Positions 29,127-39,844 are shown, counted from the stretch's first letter. The stretch is 64,000 bases of DNA from an uncultured Verrucomicrobiae bacterium (GCA_963762565.1 CAVXLD010000009.1:125257-189256), one strand, 5' to 3'. Program-made: numbers and translations. Notes: generated by a model not told the origin, from the sequence alone.

Positions 29127-30385
29127 GCCGCTTTCGCCGCCTCCTTTTTCTCCATACGCCGGAGTTTCACTTCGACAACTCGCCGGCGGGTGCTCTCACG
29201 AACTTCCAAATCCAATGGCGGCACTTGCACCTTTTCCCCGGCACGCGGCACATACCCGAGTCGATTGAAAATCAGTCCGTTGAGGGTGTCGAACTCCTCT
29301 GTGTCAAAATCAAGATGAAGCGCTTCCTCGAGATCTTCCAAACGAACACTACCGCACGCCCGCCAGTTCCCGTTGCCCAGTTCTTCAAGGTAAAGCTCTT
29401 CGTCTCCTCGCGGCGCCACTTCAGCCAGGATCTCGTCCAGAATATCTCCCATGGTAACGACGCCCTCCGTGCCGCCAAATTCGTCGATCACGATCGCGAG
29501 CCTTTGGGGGTGCTTTAGAAATGCGCGCAACAGATCCAATGCACGCATGGTTTCCGGAACGAATGACGGGACATCGACCTTTTCCGCATAATGCTCGGAA
29601 GGGTCGGCCAGGAAAGCTTTTACGTCCAAGATGCCTAAGATCTCGTCCGGGCTCTCACCAAAAACCGGCACCCGAGCCCGCCGTTTGATTCGGAGTTGCT
29701 CGATGACTTCTTCATTCGTCAACGAGTCAGTGATGAAAAAGGCGTCGACCCGAGGCGTCATACAATCCTTAACCGACTTGTTTCCCAATTTGATGATTGA
29801 TTCGATCATCTCTTGCTCGTCCGGCCGGAGTTGACCCTGTTCGGCGCTCAATTCTACCAGCGCGATTAGCTCTTCATCGTCGAATTGCTCCACTCTCTCG
29901 AGCTTTGCCGGCAGGAAAAAACTAGCAATGACTTCAGAGGTGCGTTGTGAGAGCCGCGAGACAGGCCCAAAGATCGGAAGCAACACTCGCAGGAGCATGA
30001 TCGCCTGGCGGGCGAACCGAAACGGGTCGCGCAAGGCTAACATCTTCGGCACCAGATCACAGACGATAACAATCAATGCGAAGAGGAACAACGTCTTGAC
30101 CCAGTACGGGAACGGAATCGCAATCGACCTGGCAATGGCGACGGTCAGAAGAATCAACAGGATGTTTACCAGGGTATCGACCAGCAGGATGACGCTCAGC
30201 ACTTCCCGAGGCTTCTTCATCATGCCTTCATATTGCTCGACTCCTTTAGGATCCTTCTTTCGCCAACGATGCAATCGCCAGTCCTTCATCGAGAAAAGTG
30301 CAGTTTCGATCCCCGAGATAAAAGCCGACACCGCCGCGAGAATTAGGAGAACCACTACCGCGACCAGGGATAGTTCCAATGGCAT
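29123..30385 (-). CDS. HlyC/CorC (CNNM-CBS-CorC) family membrane protein
   Basis: SGIETALFS, DLVPK, MTPRVD, IVIDEFGGTEGVVTMGDILDEI, DTLNGLIF. Confidence 0.9.
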   Translation of the reverse strand: MPLELSLVAVVVLLILAAVSAFISGIETALFSMKDWRLHRWRKKDPKGVEQYEGMMKKPREVLSVILLVDTLVNILLILLTVAIARSIAIPFPYWVKTLFLFALIVIVCDLVPKMLALRDPFRFARQAIMLLRVLLPIFGPVSRLSQRTSEVIASFFLPAKLERVEQFDDEELIALVELSAEQGQLRPDEQEMIESIIKLGNKSVKDCMTPRVDAFFITDSLTNEEVIEQLRIKRRARVPVFGESPDEILGILDVKAFLADPSEHYAEKVDVPSFVPETMRALDLLRAFLKHPQRLAIVIDEFGGTEGVVTMGDILDEILAEVAPRGDEELYLEELGNGNWRACGSVRLEDLEEALHLDFDTEEFDTLNGLIFNRLGYVPRAGEKVQVPPLDLEVRESTRRRVVEVKLRRMEKKEAAKAA

Positions 30386-30596
30386 AAACAGCGTCAGCCT
30401 ACATCGCTCAGTCAGCCCCCGGTCGCGGCCCAAGGCTTGGCGAAGGCGGAAGTTGCCGGGCCTCTGAATTTACAACCTAATTTTTGCATTTTGCAGGCCG
30501 GAGCCATCTGTCGCATTGTCAGTGTGTCTAAGCGCGATACAAGAAAAATTCGGTGGTCTTGAAATTTCTATTCAATCTCTCTTTAAATAGCCGCAG

Positions 30597-30714
30597 TCTC
30601 AATTTAAAGCGATATCTGCCTGGCAAACACGCATTGCTTCCGGCTGGGTTCGGCATTAGCAGAACGGTTGACGGTATGGTTCCAGCTGTGGTTCTGGCGG
30701 GTTAGGAATTGAGA
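30597..30714 (+). ncRNA. Candidate structured RNA (extended bulged hairpin) upstream of the DUF309 gene
   Basis: Nested helices TCTCAATT/AATTGAGA, ATCTGCC/GGCGGGT and CGGCTGGG/TCCAGCTG, with G-U pairs favouring the plus strand; family not recognised. Confidence 0.3.
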
Positions 30715-30722
30715 GGTCACGC

Positions 30723-31172
30723 ATGAAAAAAGGAAATCGGATCGAAGCCTTGGCCCGCGAGCTAGGTGCGGGGGACGAGGACGACATCTATTTCCGTGGC
30801 TATTTCTTGCTATTCAATCGCCAGGACTACTACCAAGCTCACGACTTGCTGGAGCATATTTGGCTGCAAACGGATGGGCCTGAAGCCGCCTTTTACAAAG
30901 GACTCATTCAATTAGCGGGTGCATTTGTACATCTGCAGAAGCAGTTTCGCAGACCCTACCATCCCACCGACGGTCGCCGGCTGAATCCGGCATGGAGACT
31001 CTTTAAGCTGGCAAAGAAAAATCTGAAAGAGTTCACGCCAGACTACCTCGGACTAAAGGTCGATCAAATTCTTGGTCTCTGCGATACCCAAATCACGGCA
31101 CTGGAACACTCCCACTTCAGGACGAACCCATGGAATCCAGACAATGCTCCTAAGCTGGCGGCTCCTGTTTAG
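30723..31172 (+). CDS. DUF309 domain protein
   Basis: LFNRQDYYQAHDLLEHIW, FYKGLIQLAGAFVH. Confidence 0.85.
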   Translation: MKKGNRIEALARELGAGDEDDIYFRGYFLLFNRQDYYQAHDLLEHIWLQTDGPEAAFYKGLIQLAGAFVHLQKQFRRPYHPTDGRRLNPAWRLFKLAKKNLKEFTPDYLGLKVDQILGLCDTQITALEHSHFRTNPWNPDNAPKLAAPV

Positions 31173-31218
31173 CCAGCATCCCTTAAAAATGCCCGATCAA
31201 AGGAGTTCAAGCAGACAC

Positions 31219-31426
31219 GGTAGGGCGAGGCTCCCGAAAGATGGAAAGGGGGTCGCAGGGCAAAATAATGTTTCGCTGGTCTATCAGGAGCATCATCGAA
31301 GAGCCGCCGAGCCGCGGGTTGCGCGACCCCCGGCTCGGCAGCTTTCAGAAATTGCGGCCCATATAGCGGTGAAACGCGCCTTCGCGCCGTGACCCATTTT
31401 GGGTCTTTCCGGAGCCTCGCCCTACC
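31219..31426. repeat. Family B, copy 5
   Basis: Terminal and central arms. Confidence 0.85.
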
Positions 31427-31478
31427 ATGTCTTCTTGCACTCCTTGAACTCCGAAATAAACTGTGCGCGTCTTTCACC

Positions 31479-32435
31479 ATGGCAGCACTCTTTAGGACTT
31501 CTATTCTCAGGACTTCTCTTCTCTTGGTTGCAGCCTTATTGCCCGTCGGGGTTAAGGCTCAGTTAGCGGCCGCCTATATCCTCACGGATCATACAAGCGG
31601 TTACACTCTGGAAGCTTATAAAGCCGAACAGAAACGCCCGATCGCCAGCCTCACCAAGATCGCGACTGCTAAAGTCGTTTTAGATTGGGCTGCGAGTACC
31701 GGCACCGATCTAAGCCAACTGATTTCAATCCCACCTCAGGCGATCCGCCCATACTCCACTAATCCTATCGGGCTCCAACCCGATGACCAAATGAGCTATC
31801 GCGATCTCATTTATTCGGCCATGATGGAGTCCGATGGAACGGCTGCTCAGGCTTTGGCCTATACTGTCGGCGCTTCTCTCCGGGCACGGGCAGCCGGTTC
31901 CTTAGGCGAGCTCGGAGCCGTCGAAGCGTTCGTTACCCAGATGAATGCGTTAGCCCGGCAACTTGGGATGGAAAAAACTCTTTTCGTGAATCCGGATGGG
32001 CTGGAACCTGAAAAAGGGCCGCAACCTTATTCCACCGCAGCCGACGTGGTGAAGCTGGTTGCCTACGCGATGAATGACGCCGGATTTCGCTTCTATGTAT
32101 CTCAACCGGAACGGAAAGTGACTTTCATTCGCGGCGGCCAGACTCTGGGATATTTGCTGCGAAACACCAACGAGCTCTTGGGCAGCAACGGAGTTGACGG
32201 CGTTAAAACCGGCACGACCGCTCGGGCGGGTCAGTGTATCGCTTTGTCTTCGCAAAAAGACCCGGAGATTCGCAAAGACGGCGAGACCACCTATGTTACC
32301 CCAAGACGGGTCGATGTGGTGATACTAGGAGCAGCCGACCGATTTAGTGTTGCACAGCAGCTGTTGAGTAGAGGCTGGAGCCTATATGAACAATGGGCTG
32401 CCGCAGGCAGACCCACGCAGACTTCAAAGCACTAA
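31479..32435 (+). CDS. D-alanyl-D-alanine carboxypeptidase (peptidase S11)
   Basis: PIASLTK (SxxK), F.NPDGL, YSTAAD, NTNELL, GVKTGTT (KTG); signal peptide. Confidence 0.88.
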   Translation: MAALFRTSILRTSLLLVAALLPVGVKAQLAAAYILTDHTSGYTLEAYKAEQKRPIASLTKIATAKVVLDWAASTGTDLSQLISIPPQAIRPYSTNPIGLQPDDQMSYRDLIYSAMMESDGTAAQALAYTVGASLRARAAGSLGELGAVEAFVTQMNALARQLGMEKTLFVNPDGLEPEKGPQPYSTAADVVKLVAYAMNDAGFRFYVSQPERKVTFIRGGQTLGYLLRNTNELLGSNGVDGVKTGTTARAGQCIALSSQKDPEIRKDGETTYVTPRRVDVVILGAADRFSVAQQLLSRGWSLYEQWAAAGRPTQTSKH

Positions 32436-32441
32436 TTGCTT

Positions 32442-33524
32442 ATGTACCTGAGGAGAATCGGCATACTGACCAGCGGAGGAGATTGTCCTGGCTTAAATGC
32501 CGTGCTCCGCGGTGTTACCAAGGCAGCAGAGAAACTGAACTGGCAAGTAGTCGGGTTTCGAGACGGATTCGAAGGCTTGCTTCCCCCTTGCCAATACACA
32601 ATCCTCGACCGGGCCTCGACCGCCGGAATCATGCAACTCGGCGGAACAATCCTGGGCACCACTAACAAGGGACATTTCGTCGCCAAGATAGGCGGCGGCG
32701 AAAGAACGATGGTCCCAAAAGAGGTTGTGGAGACCGCACGGGCAACACTTGCTGAGATGGGCATCGACGGCCTGATCGTTGTGGGCGGAGACGGTTCTCT
32801 GACAACCGCCCTGCAGCTTTTCGAACAAGGCTTTTCCGTGATTGGCGTACCGAAAACGATCGACAATGACCTGGAGGCAACGGCGATGACGTTCGGGTTT
32901 TACTCTGCGGTCAGCTGCGTCACCGATGCGCTTGATCGTTTACACTCGACCGCTGCCAGTCACAAGCGGGCGATGGTGCTCGAGGTGATGGGAAGACACG
33001 CCGGCTGGATTGCCCTTCACGGTGGAATCAGCGGAGGCGCCGATGTTGTCTTACTGCCAGAGATTCCATTCGATTGGGAAAGAGTCGCCGACGTTGTCCG
33101 TAGGCGCGACGCAGAAGGCTATCAAAGCACCATGATCGTCGTCGCCGAAGGAGCTAGGCCTAAAGACGGCATCCAACACTACCAGGCGACGCAGGGCGGT
33201 GAACATCATTTCGGAGGGGTCGGCGAGATCGTCGCCCGGGAAATAGCGGAACGAACTGGCAAAGAGACTCGTTACTGTATCCTGGGCCATTTACAGCGCG
33301 GCGGCACTCCGGGCCCTCTGGACCGAATTCTGGCCACCCGATTCGGGGTCAAGGCTGTGACTTTGATCCAGGAAGAAAAATTCGGCCGGATGGTGAGCTA
33401 CCAGCACTACGAGATTGCCGATGTGCCAATCGCAGACGCTGTCCATCAGTTACGCGTGGTCGATCCCTCCAACCAGCTGGTGGAAATGGCACGCTCGGTG
33501 GACATCAGCTTTGGGGACCAATAG
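32442..33524 (+). CDS. pfkA: 6-phosphofructokinase
   Basis: LTSGGDCPGLNAV, GGTILGT, GGDGS, PKTIDND, EVMGRHAGW, LGHLQRGG. Confidence 0.95.
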   Translation: MYLRRIGILTSGGDCPGLNAVLRGVTKAAEKLNWQVVGFRDGFEGLLPPCQYTILDRASTAGIMQLGGTILGTTNKGHFVAKIGGGERTMVPKEVVETARATLAEMGIDGLIVVGGDGSLTTALQLFEQGFSVIGVPKTIDNDLEATAMTFGFYSAVSCVTDALDRLHSTAASHKRAMVLEVMGRHAGWIALHGGISGGADVVLLPEIPFDWERVADVVRRRDAEGYQSTMIVVAEGARPKDGIQHYQATQGGEHHFGGVGEIVAREIAERTGKETRYCILGHLQRGGTPGPLDRILATRFGVKAVTLIQEEKFGRMVSYQHYEIADVPIADAVHQLRVVDPSNQLVEMARSVDISFGDQ

Positions 33525-33527
33525 GGC

Positions 33528-33671
33528 CAGTAAGCAGTAAGCAGTAAGCAGTGTGTCAGTCATCAGTGATCAGCGATGAGTAATCCAGGCAAAGGCAACC
33601 CGTCCCAGGAATTTCCTAAACCCATCGGGGATACTGATTACTGATTACCGCTTACTGCTTACTGCTTACTG
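33528..33671. repeat. Inverted heptamer-repeat element
   Basis: (CAGTAAG)n ... (CTTACTG)n. Confidence 0.85.
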
Positions 33672-33720
33672 TTTGACCACCCCCTATCGCGCCTTAGCAC
33701 CGACCGACCTGCCACCAAGA

Positions 33721-34302
33721 ATGGACCATTTGCTCGAACTTCTGCAGCAGAACTCAAAACTATCGCTGGCCGACCTTAGCAAGCTGCTCGGACTTCCGAT
33801 TCCTGAAATCCAACAGAAGATCGCAGATTACGAGAAGAGCGGCGTCATCTTGGCTTATCAGGCCGTTGTAGACCCGGAAAAGCTCGATGCCGATGCTGTG
33901 ACTGCCTACATCGAGGTGCGGATCACGCCGGAACGAGGCGGAGGATTCGATCGGCTGGCTCAACGTATTGCCCGATTTCAAGAGGTCAAAAGCTGCTGGT
34001 TGATGAGCGGAGGCTATGATCTGGCAGTCATTGTAGAAGGAGAAAATCTGAGACAGATCGCCCATTTCGTCTCCGAGAAATTGAGCACGGTGGAAGGGGT
34101 CATCGCTACCGCAACTAGGTTTCGACTGAAGACCTACAAACAAAATGGGATGCTGCTCAGCGAACCTCCGCCAGTTGAAAGGTTGCCGGTTACAAGCCAT
34201 GAATCCCGCCGAGGATTTCTCCAGGTACATCGCGCAACATGTCGCGGCGATACCCAAGTCCGGTATCCGAGATTTTTTCGAAGTAGTCCAGTCGATGACT
34301 GA
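33721..34302 (+). CDS. Lrp/AsnC family transcriptional regulator; true 3' end probably near 34202
   Basis: HTH, GVILAYQAVVD, VKSCWLMSGGYDL, ATRFRLKTYK; C-terminal run-on overlaps the next gene by about 100 nt. Confidence 0.85.
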   Translation: MDHLLELLQQNSKLSLADLSKLLGLPIPEIQQKIADYEKSGVILAYQAVVDPEKLDADAVTAYIEVRITPERGGGFDRLAQRIARFQEVKSCWLMSGGYDLAVIVEGENLRQIAHFVSEKLSTVEGVIATATRFRLKTYKQNGMLLSEPPPVERLPVTSHESRRGFLQVHRATCRGDTQVRYPRFFRSSPVDD

Positions 34303-35383
34303 CGTTATTTCGTTGGGTATCGGCGAGCCTGACTACGTCACCCCTTGGAGAATTCGCGAGGCAGCCATATTTGCCTTAGAAAAAGGTAAAACCGGTTATA
34401 CATCGAACCTCGGGCTGCCCCGTTTACGCGAATCGATCGCGTCTTATCTCTCCCGGCGGTATCAAATAAATTACGACCCGAAGCAGGAAGTGCTGGTCAC
34501 GGTGGGAGTATCCGAGGCGCTAGATCTGGCGCTGCGGGCGATTGTAAATCCAGGTGACGAGATCATTTTTCACGAACCGAGCTACGTTTCTTACAGCCCA
34601 AGCATCATCCTGGTTGGTGGGAAACCCGTTTCGGTTGCAACTCGAGCGGAGAATAACTTCAGCCTGCTGGCGTCCGACCTGGAATCGAAGATCACTCCCC
34701 GTACCAAAGCCTTAGTTCTGAGTTTCCCCACCAATCCGACCGGTGGAGTTTTGTCGCTGGAAGAACTTCACGCCATCGCGGACATCTGCCGGCAACATGA
34801 CCTTATCGTGTTGTCGGATGAGATCTACTGCGAGCTCACTTACGACGGCGTTGAACATGTCTCGCTCGCGAGCCTACCCGGAATGCGCGATCGAACCGTT
34901 CTCTTGAACGGATGCTCCAAGTCCTTTGCTATGACCGGCTTCCGTCTTGGGTACGCTTGCGCACCGGCACCGATCATTGAGGCGATGATGAAGATCCATC
35001 AATACGCCATCATGTGTGCGTCGATCATGTCGCAGGAGGCGGCCATCGAGGCTCTCGATCATTGCGCCAAAGAAGTGGAGGACATGCGGAATGATTATCA
35101 ACGCCGGCGCAATTTTGTGGTTAGCCGTTTGAATGAGATCGGCCTGCCCTGCCATTCGCCTAAGGGAACTTTCTACGTCTTCCCGGATATTCGTCCGGCG
35201 AAGCTGAGCAGCATGGAGTTTTGTCTTGGCCTATTAAAGGAGATGCGGGTTGCCGTCGTGCCCGGAAGCGCATTTGGAGAATCCGGGGAAGGATTCGCGC
35301 GCTGCTGTTTCGCCACCAGCTTGGTAAAGCTGCAGGAGGCGATGAATCGGATCGAGACGTATGCCAAAAAGCTCGGGGTGTGA
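34199..35383 (+). CDS. PLP-dependent aminotransferase class I/II
   Basis: SGIRDFF, SLGIGEPD, PTNPTG, SDEIY, SKSFAMTGFRLGY. Confidence 0.93.
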   Translation: MNPAEDFSRYIAQHVAAIPKSGIRDFFEVVQSMTDVISLGIGEPDYVTPWRIREAAIFALEKGKTGYTSNLGLPRLRESIASYLSRRYQINYDPKQEVLVTVGVSEALDLALRAIVNPGDEIIFHEPSYVSYSPSIILVGGKPVSVATRAENNFSLLASDLESKITPRTKALVLSFPTNPTGGVLSLEELHAIADICRQHDLIVLSDEIYCELTYDGVEHVSLASLPGMRDRTVLLNGCSKSFAMTGFRLGYACAPAPIIEAMMKIHQYAIMCASIMSQEAAIEALDHCAKEVEDMRNDYQRRRNFVVSRLNEIGLPCHSPKGTFYVFPDIRPAKLSSMEFCLGLLKEMRVAVVPGSAFGESGEGFARCCFATSLVKLQEAMNRIETYAKKLGV

Positions 35384-35429
35384 GGAATTGGAATGCGCAT
35401 GGGTTCTATCCCGCACACGGCTTGAGGAA

Positions 35430-35523
35430 AATGACAAATGACAGATTACAAATGACAAATGGGCCTGCGGCCGTTGGCGTTTCTCCTCTGCGATTTGTCA
35501 TCTGTCATTTGTCATTTGTCATT
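35430..35523. repeat. Inverted heptamer-repeat element
   Basis: (ATGACAA)n ... (TTGTCAT)n. Confidence 0.85.
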
Positions 35524-35558
35524 GGCTACGACTTCGTCCCCAGCGTTTTCTTCGCACC

Positions 35559-36269
35559 ATGATTACCAAAGCTGTTATCCTGGCCGCGGGACGCGGAACC
35601 CGGATGCGCGAACTCACCAACGAGGTTCCCAAGCCGATGGTGGAGGTCCAGGGAAAGCCGATCCTGCAACACATCCTTGAAGGATTAGCCTCGGCCGGTG
35701 TCGAACAGACCCTGATCGTCGTGGGGTACAGAAAGGAGGCTATTCAGGACTATTTCGGCGACGGACAGCGGGTCGGTTTAAGAATCGAATACGTCGAACA
35801 GATGACACAGGACGGGACGGGACGCGTTGTCGCATTGGGAAAGCAGTACTGCGCCGATCAACCGTTTCTCCTCCTTTACGGCGACATTCTGGTTGATCCG
35901 ATCGTTTACCAAAAACTCCGGGATTTGGGTGACGCTGAGATGTTAATCGCGGTCAAGTATTTGCAGGATGTCTCCAAAGGCGGCGCTGTCTATCTCGATG
36001 AGAATTTTCATTTGATCGATCTGCGCGAGAAACAAGACGCTGCTGGAGTAGGGACTCACTGGTACAACGCCGGCTTGTACGCGTTTCGGCCCTCTATTTT
36101 CCCGTTCATTGACAAGCTGGAGAAGTCACCTCGAGGCGAATACGAGCTCACGGATACGATCCGTGCCATGGCCAGGGCCGGCCTCAAGATAAAGGCAGTC
36201 GAGATAAAAGGCTCCTGGGCTGACGTCCGTGACCCGGAAATTCTTCAAGCATTGAACCAACGGTCATAA
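35559..36269 (+). CDS. Sugar-phosphate nucleotidyltransferase
   Basis: KAVILAAGRGTRM....PKPM, DGTG, SPRGEYELTD. Confidence 0.88.
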   Translation: MITKAVILAAGRGTRMRELTNEVPKPMVEVQGKPILQHILEGLASAGVEQTLIVVGYRKEAIQDYFGDGQRVGLRIEYVEQMTQDGTGRVVALGKQYCADQPFLLLYGDILVDPIVYQKLRDLGDAEMLIAVKYLQDVSKGGAVYLDENFHLIDLREKQDAAGVGTHWYNAGLYAFRPSIFPFIDKLEKSPRGEYELTDTIRAMARAGLKIKAVEIKGSWADVRDPEILQALNQRS

Positions 36270-36281
36270 TATCTTTCGGAT

Positions 36282-37910
36282 ATGCAGGTCGGTTTTGCTC
36301 AGATTAATACGACCGTCGGAGCCTTAAAAAAGAACTTCGACAAGATATTCGATGCCTATTCGAAATCGGTAGCGGCGGGTGCAGAACTAGTGCTTACGCC
36401 GGAGCTGGCCTTGACCGGTTATCCACCGCAGGACCTGGTTTTCAAGTCTCGGTTCGTTCCCGAAACCTGGGAAGCAATTACCAGTCTTCATCAGCAGGTC
36501 GGGCGAGTGCCTCTGTTGGTCGGCTACGTCGACTTCAATCCTAGCCAGACCGGAAAGCAATTTGTGAACGCCTGCGCTGTGCTTCAGCGGGGACAACCCA
36601 TCAGGAAAATATTTAAGACGCGAATCCCGACTTATGATGTCTTCGACGAAGCCCGGTATTTCGAACCAGCGAGCCACTGGGAACCAATCGAACTAGCCGG
36701 TCGCCGCGTGGGTATCACCATCTGTGAAGATATCTGGACGGAGAGATTCTTAAAAAGAGATCTTTACCATCAAGATCCGGTGGCGAATTTGGTCGCTCAG
36801 GGCGCAGAGGTGATTGTAAACCTCAGCTCTTCCCCGTTTCATGTCGGCAAAGCCGCGCTGCGCATTACCATGGTCAGCGAGCTCGCGACCAAATTTCAGG
36901 TTCCTTTCTACTATTGTAACCTGATTGGCGGGAATGATGAGCTCATCTTCGATGGCAATTCCTTTGTTATAGATAAAGAAGGACGGCATGTCGCCAATCT
37001 GGCCGCATTTGAGGAAGAGATCTCGGTACTGAACGCGGGGCATCCCACGAACCGTTTTGTGGAGCAATCTCCTGAGGAAGAGATTTATGGAGCTTTGGTC
37101 TTAGGCGTTCGCGATTATTTTCTGAAATGTGGATTCAAGACGGCGGTGCTGGGTCTCAGCGGTGGTATTGATTCTGCCGTCACGGCGGCGATCGCAGCCG
37201 ACGCCCTCGGCCCAGAAAATATCACCACGGTCTCTATGCCGAGCCAATATTCGTCTCAGGGTAGCCTGGACGATGCCGAGGCGCTTGCCCGCAACCTCGG
37301 CATCCCGCGATACGTCCTGCCGATCAAAGAACCTTTTGAGGTCTTGAAGAGTCAATTTAAGGAGGTTTTTGCGGGTAAACGCGAAGACACCACCGAGGAA
37401 AACATGCAGTCGCGCCTCCGCGGGCTGACCCTGATGGCCCTATCGAATAAGTTCGGTCATTTGCTGCTGACCACTGGTAACAAAAGCGAACTTTCGGTCG
37501 GTTACTGTACGATCTACGGAGACATGTGCGGCGGATTAGCGGTCATCAGCGATGTACCGAAGACGATGATTTACCGGCTAGCCAGATGGATCAATCGGGA
37601 ACGCGAGATTATCCCTTCGAACTCGATCATCAAAGCTCCGAGTGCAGAGCTGAAGTTGAATCAGACAGATCAAGACACGCTCCCACCGTACGAGGTGCTC
37701 GATGCTGTTCTACAGCTTTATGTAGAAGAGCAACTGAGCCCCGGCGATATCATTGAGAAAGGCTATCCGACTGAGACGGTTCGTTGGATTCAACGTCACG
37801 TCGATTCGAACGAATACAAGCGGCGTCAGGCTGCGCCGGGATTGAAGGTCACAAGCTTGGCATTCGGCATTGGGTGGCGTATGCCTATCGCCCAGCGTTA
37901 TCTGCGCTGA
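36282..37910 (+). CDS. nadE: Glutamine-dependent NAD+ synthetase
   Basis: Nitrilase domain (PELALTGYPP.D, ICEDIW) plus LGLSGGIDS, TGNKSE..VGY.TIYGD, PSAEL. Confidence 0.95.
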   Translation: MQVGFAQINTTVGALKKNFDKIFDAYSKSVAAGAELVLTPELALTGYPPQDLVFKSRFVPETWEAITSLHQQVGRVPLLVGYVDFNPSQTGKQFVNACAVLQRGQPIRKIFKTRIPTYDVFDEARYFEPASHWEPIELAGRRVGITICEDIWTERFLKRDLYHQDPVANLVAQGAEVIVNLSSSPFHVGKAALRITMVSELATKFQVPFYYCNLIGGNDELIFDGNSFVIDKEGRHVANLAAFEEEISVLNAGHPTNRFVEQSPEEEIYGALVLGVRDYFLKCGFKTAVLGLSGGIDSAVTAAIAADALGPENITTVSMPSQYSSQGSLDDAEALARNLGIPRYVLPIKEPFEVLKSQFKEVFAGKREDTTEENMQSRLRGLTLMALSNKFGHLLLTTGNKSELSVGYCTIYGDMCGGLAVISDVPKTMIYRLARWINREREIIPSNSIIKAPSAELKLNQTDQDTLPPYEVLDAVLQLYVEEQLSPGDIIEKGYPTETVRWIQRHVDSNEYKRRQAAPGLKVTSLAFGIGWRMPIAQRYLR

Positions 37911-37914
37911 TACG

Positions 37915-38790
37915 ATGAAAGAATACCTCGCTGCTCGCCAGAAGCTGGTCGACGAAGCTCTCGATCGATTGTTGCCAAAAGCGACCCTAAAACCAAAAAC
38001 CATTCATAAGGCGATGCGCTATAGCGTGTTCGCTGGCGGAAAACGATTGCGACCGATTCTTTGCCTGGCAGCCGCCGAATGTTGCGGCGGATCCGTGGAT
38101 GCGTCTCTCCCCCTGGCTTGCGCGGTCGAGTGCGTGCACACTTACTCGCTCATCCATGACGATTTGCCCTGCATGGATGATGATGACTTCAGGCGTGGCG
38201 TTCCGACCTCGCACAAAGTCTTTGGCGAAGGGATCGCGGTACTTGCAGGTGACGCTCTGCTGACTTTCGCGTTTGAACTACTAACTTTAGCGCCCGGTTG
38301 GCCCCGGTATCCGCTGCGCGAGATCGTTCAAGAACTGGCAGTCGCTGCCGGAAGCCGGCATTTGGTTGCCGGTCAAGTCGTCGATTTGGAAAGCGAAGGG
38401 AAAAAAATATCTCTGCCGCTCCTCAATTTTATTCACGAGTCGAAAACCGCTGCCTTACTACGATCTTCTATCCGTCTAGGCGCGATGAGCGCCAATGCCA
38501 CCCCGGCTCAGCTCCGGAATCTTTCTGATTTTGGCCGGTCACTGGGGCTCGCATTTCAGGTGATTGACGATATCCTCGATGTCACTCAGACCTCGGAAAA
38601 GCTGGGAAAAAGCGCCGGAAAAGATATCGCCGCCGAAAAGGCGACATTCCCTGCCGTGGTCGGGTTGACGCGATCTCGGCGGATTGCGCAAAGGCTCACT
38701 AGAGAAGCCCGAGAGGCGCTACGTCCCTTCGGCAAACGGGCAGAAGTGCTGCTCGGCCTGGCAGATTATCTCCTGGAAAGAGACTATTAA
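37915..38790 (+). CDS. ispA: Polyprenyl (farnesyl/geranylgeranyl) diphosphate synthase
   Basis: GGKRLRP, SLIHDDLPCMDDDDFRRG, FQVIDDILD, GKSAGKD. Confidence 0.93.
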   Translation: MKEYLAARQKLVDEALDRLLPKATLKPKTIHKAMRYSVFAGGKRLRPILCLAAAECCGGSVDASLPLACAVECVHTYSLIHDDLPCMDDDDFRRGVPTSHKVFGEGIAVLAGDALLTFAFELLTLAPGWPRYPLREIVQELAVAAGSRHLVAGQVVDLESEGKKISLPLLNFIHESKTAALLRSSIRLGAMSANATPAQLRNLSDFGRSLGLAFQVIDDILDVTQTSEKLGKSAGKDIAAEKATFPAVVGLTRSRRIAQRLTREAREALRPFGKRAEVLLGLADYLLERDY

Positions 38791-38896
38791 CGACCCGGCG
38801 AACGCTGGAACCGCCGCGAACGCCGGGACACATCAATGGGTTGCCGGCCGAATGCGACAAAGCTTATTCAGAACGCTCAACCCGAATAACGCCCGG

Positions 38897-39844
38897 CTAT
38901 TCATTGGTAGCCTCCCGTTCGTCAGTAGCCCCGGTTTTCTGACCGTCGGCAAACTCTTCTTTTAGGAACTCCTCGAATGACTTTGGCTTGGCGCCGCCGA
39001 ACATTTCAATTGTGTCGGTCACCGCAAGCGAGCGGACTTCGCGAGCTGTGCTAGCCGAACGGAGGGCAATCCAAAGGTTCGACAAATGGTCTACGGCATG
39101 CTGGTTAAGGCCCCTTGCCAATGCGCCTTTGCGCCAGTCGTCATCTGATATCTCTTGGTAACGCACCTCTCTACTTAGAGCCCGGCTAAATGCAGCCAGA
39201 ATATCTTGTAAACTCAGGACGGCTCCAATTAACGGATAAGCGGAGCCGGGAGGCGCCGCCGGCTTGGCTAGGAGGCCTACAGCCACCCGGGCGACATCTT
39301 CGCCGGCCACCAATGGCGGTACTGTGTTCTCATTACCCCACGGCAAGCGGATGGGGCCTTGAGCCGCTAAACTTGAACTCATTAATCTGAGCACGTTTTC
39401 GTAAAAGACGGTGGCACGAACATGGACGGCTCCGATGCCGGCCCATTCGAAAACTTGTTCCGACAAATAGTTCTGCCGCATCCGAGGTGTAGGAGCATCC
39501 AGAGAAGATCGCAGCATCACCAGGTTAATCAGGCGGCGGACGCCGGCTTGTCGCGCGGCCACAGCAACGTTGGCGGTTGCTTCTGCCAAGCCTGGCTGAA
39601 CGGGGTATGCGAAATAGATACTGCTAACATCGCGCACTGCCTTCTGCATGGATTGAGGATCGAGGAAGTCGCCTTCGAACACTTCCGCACCAAGTTGACG
39701 AAGGTATTCCGAGCGTTCATCGCTTCTGCGAACGAGTGCCCGGACCGGAATATTCCGGGCCAGCAACATTGCCGTTACCTTGCGCCCGGTTTTCCCTTGT
39801 GTCCCGCCGGCAGCCCCAGTTACGAGGACCAATTGCTCAGACAT
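38897..39844 (-). CDS. NmrA-family NAD(P)-binding protein
   Basis: VLVTGAAGGTQGKTG Rossmann motif, VRALVR, GDFLD, VAGEDVARVA. Confidence 0.85.
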   Translation of the reverse strand: MSEQLVLVTGAAGGTQGKTGRKVTAMLLARNIPVRALVRRSDERSEYLRQLGAEVFEGDFLDPQSMQKAVRDVSSIYFAYPVQPGLAEATANVAVAARQAGVRRLINLVMLRSSLDAPTPRMRQNYLSEQVFEWAGIGAVHVRATVFYENVLRLMSSSLAAQGPIRLPWGNENTVPPLVAGEDVARVAVGLLAKPAAPPGSAYPLIGAVLSLQDILAAFSRALSREVRYQEISDDDWRKGALARGLNQHAVDHLSNLWIALRSASTAREVRSLAVTDTIEMFGGAKPKSFEEFLKEEFADGQKTGATDEREATNE

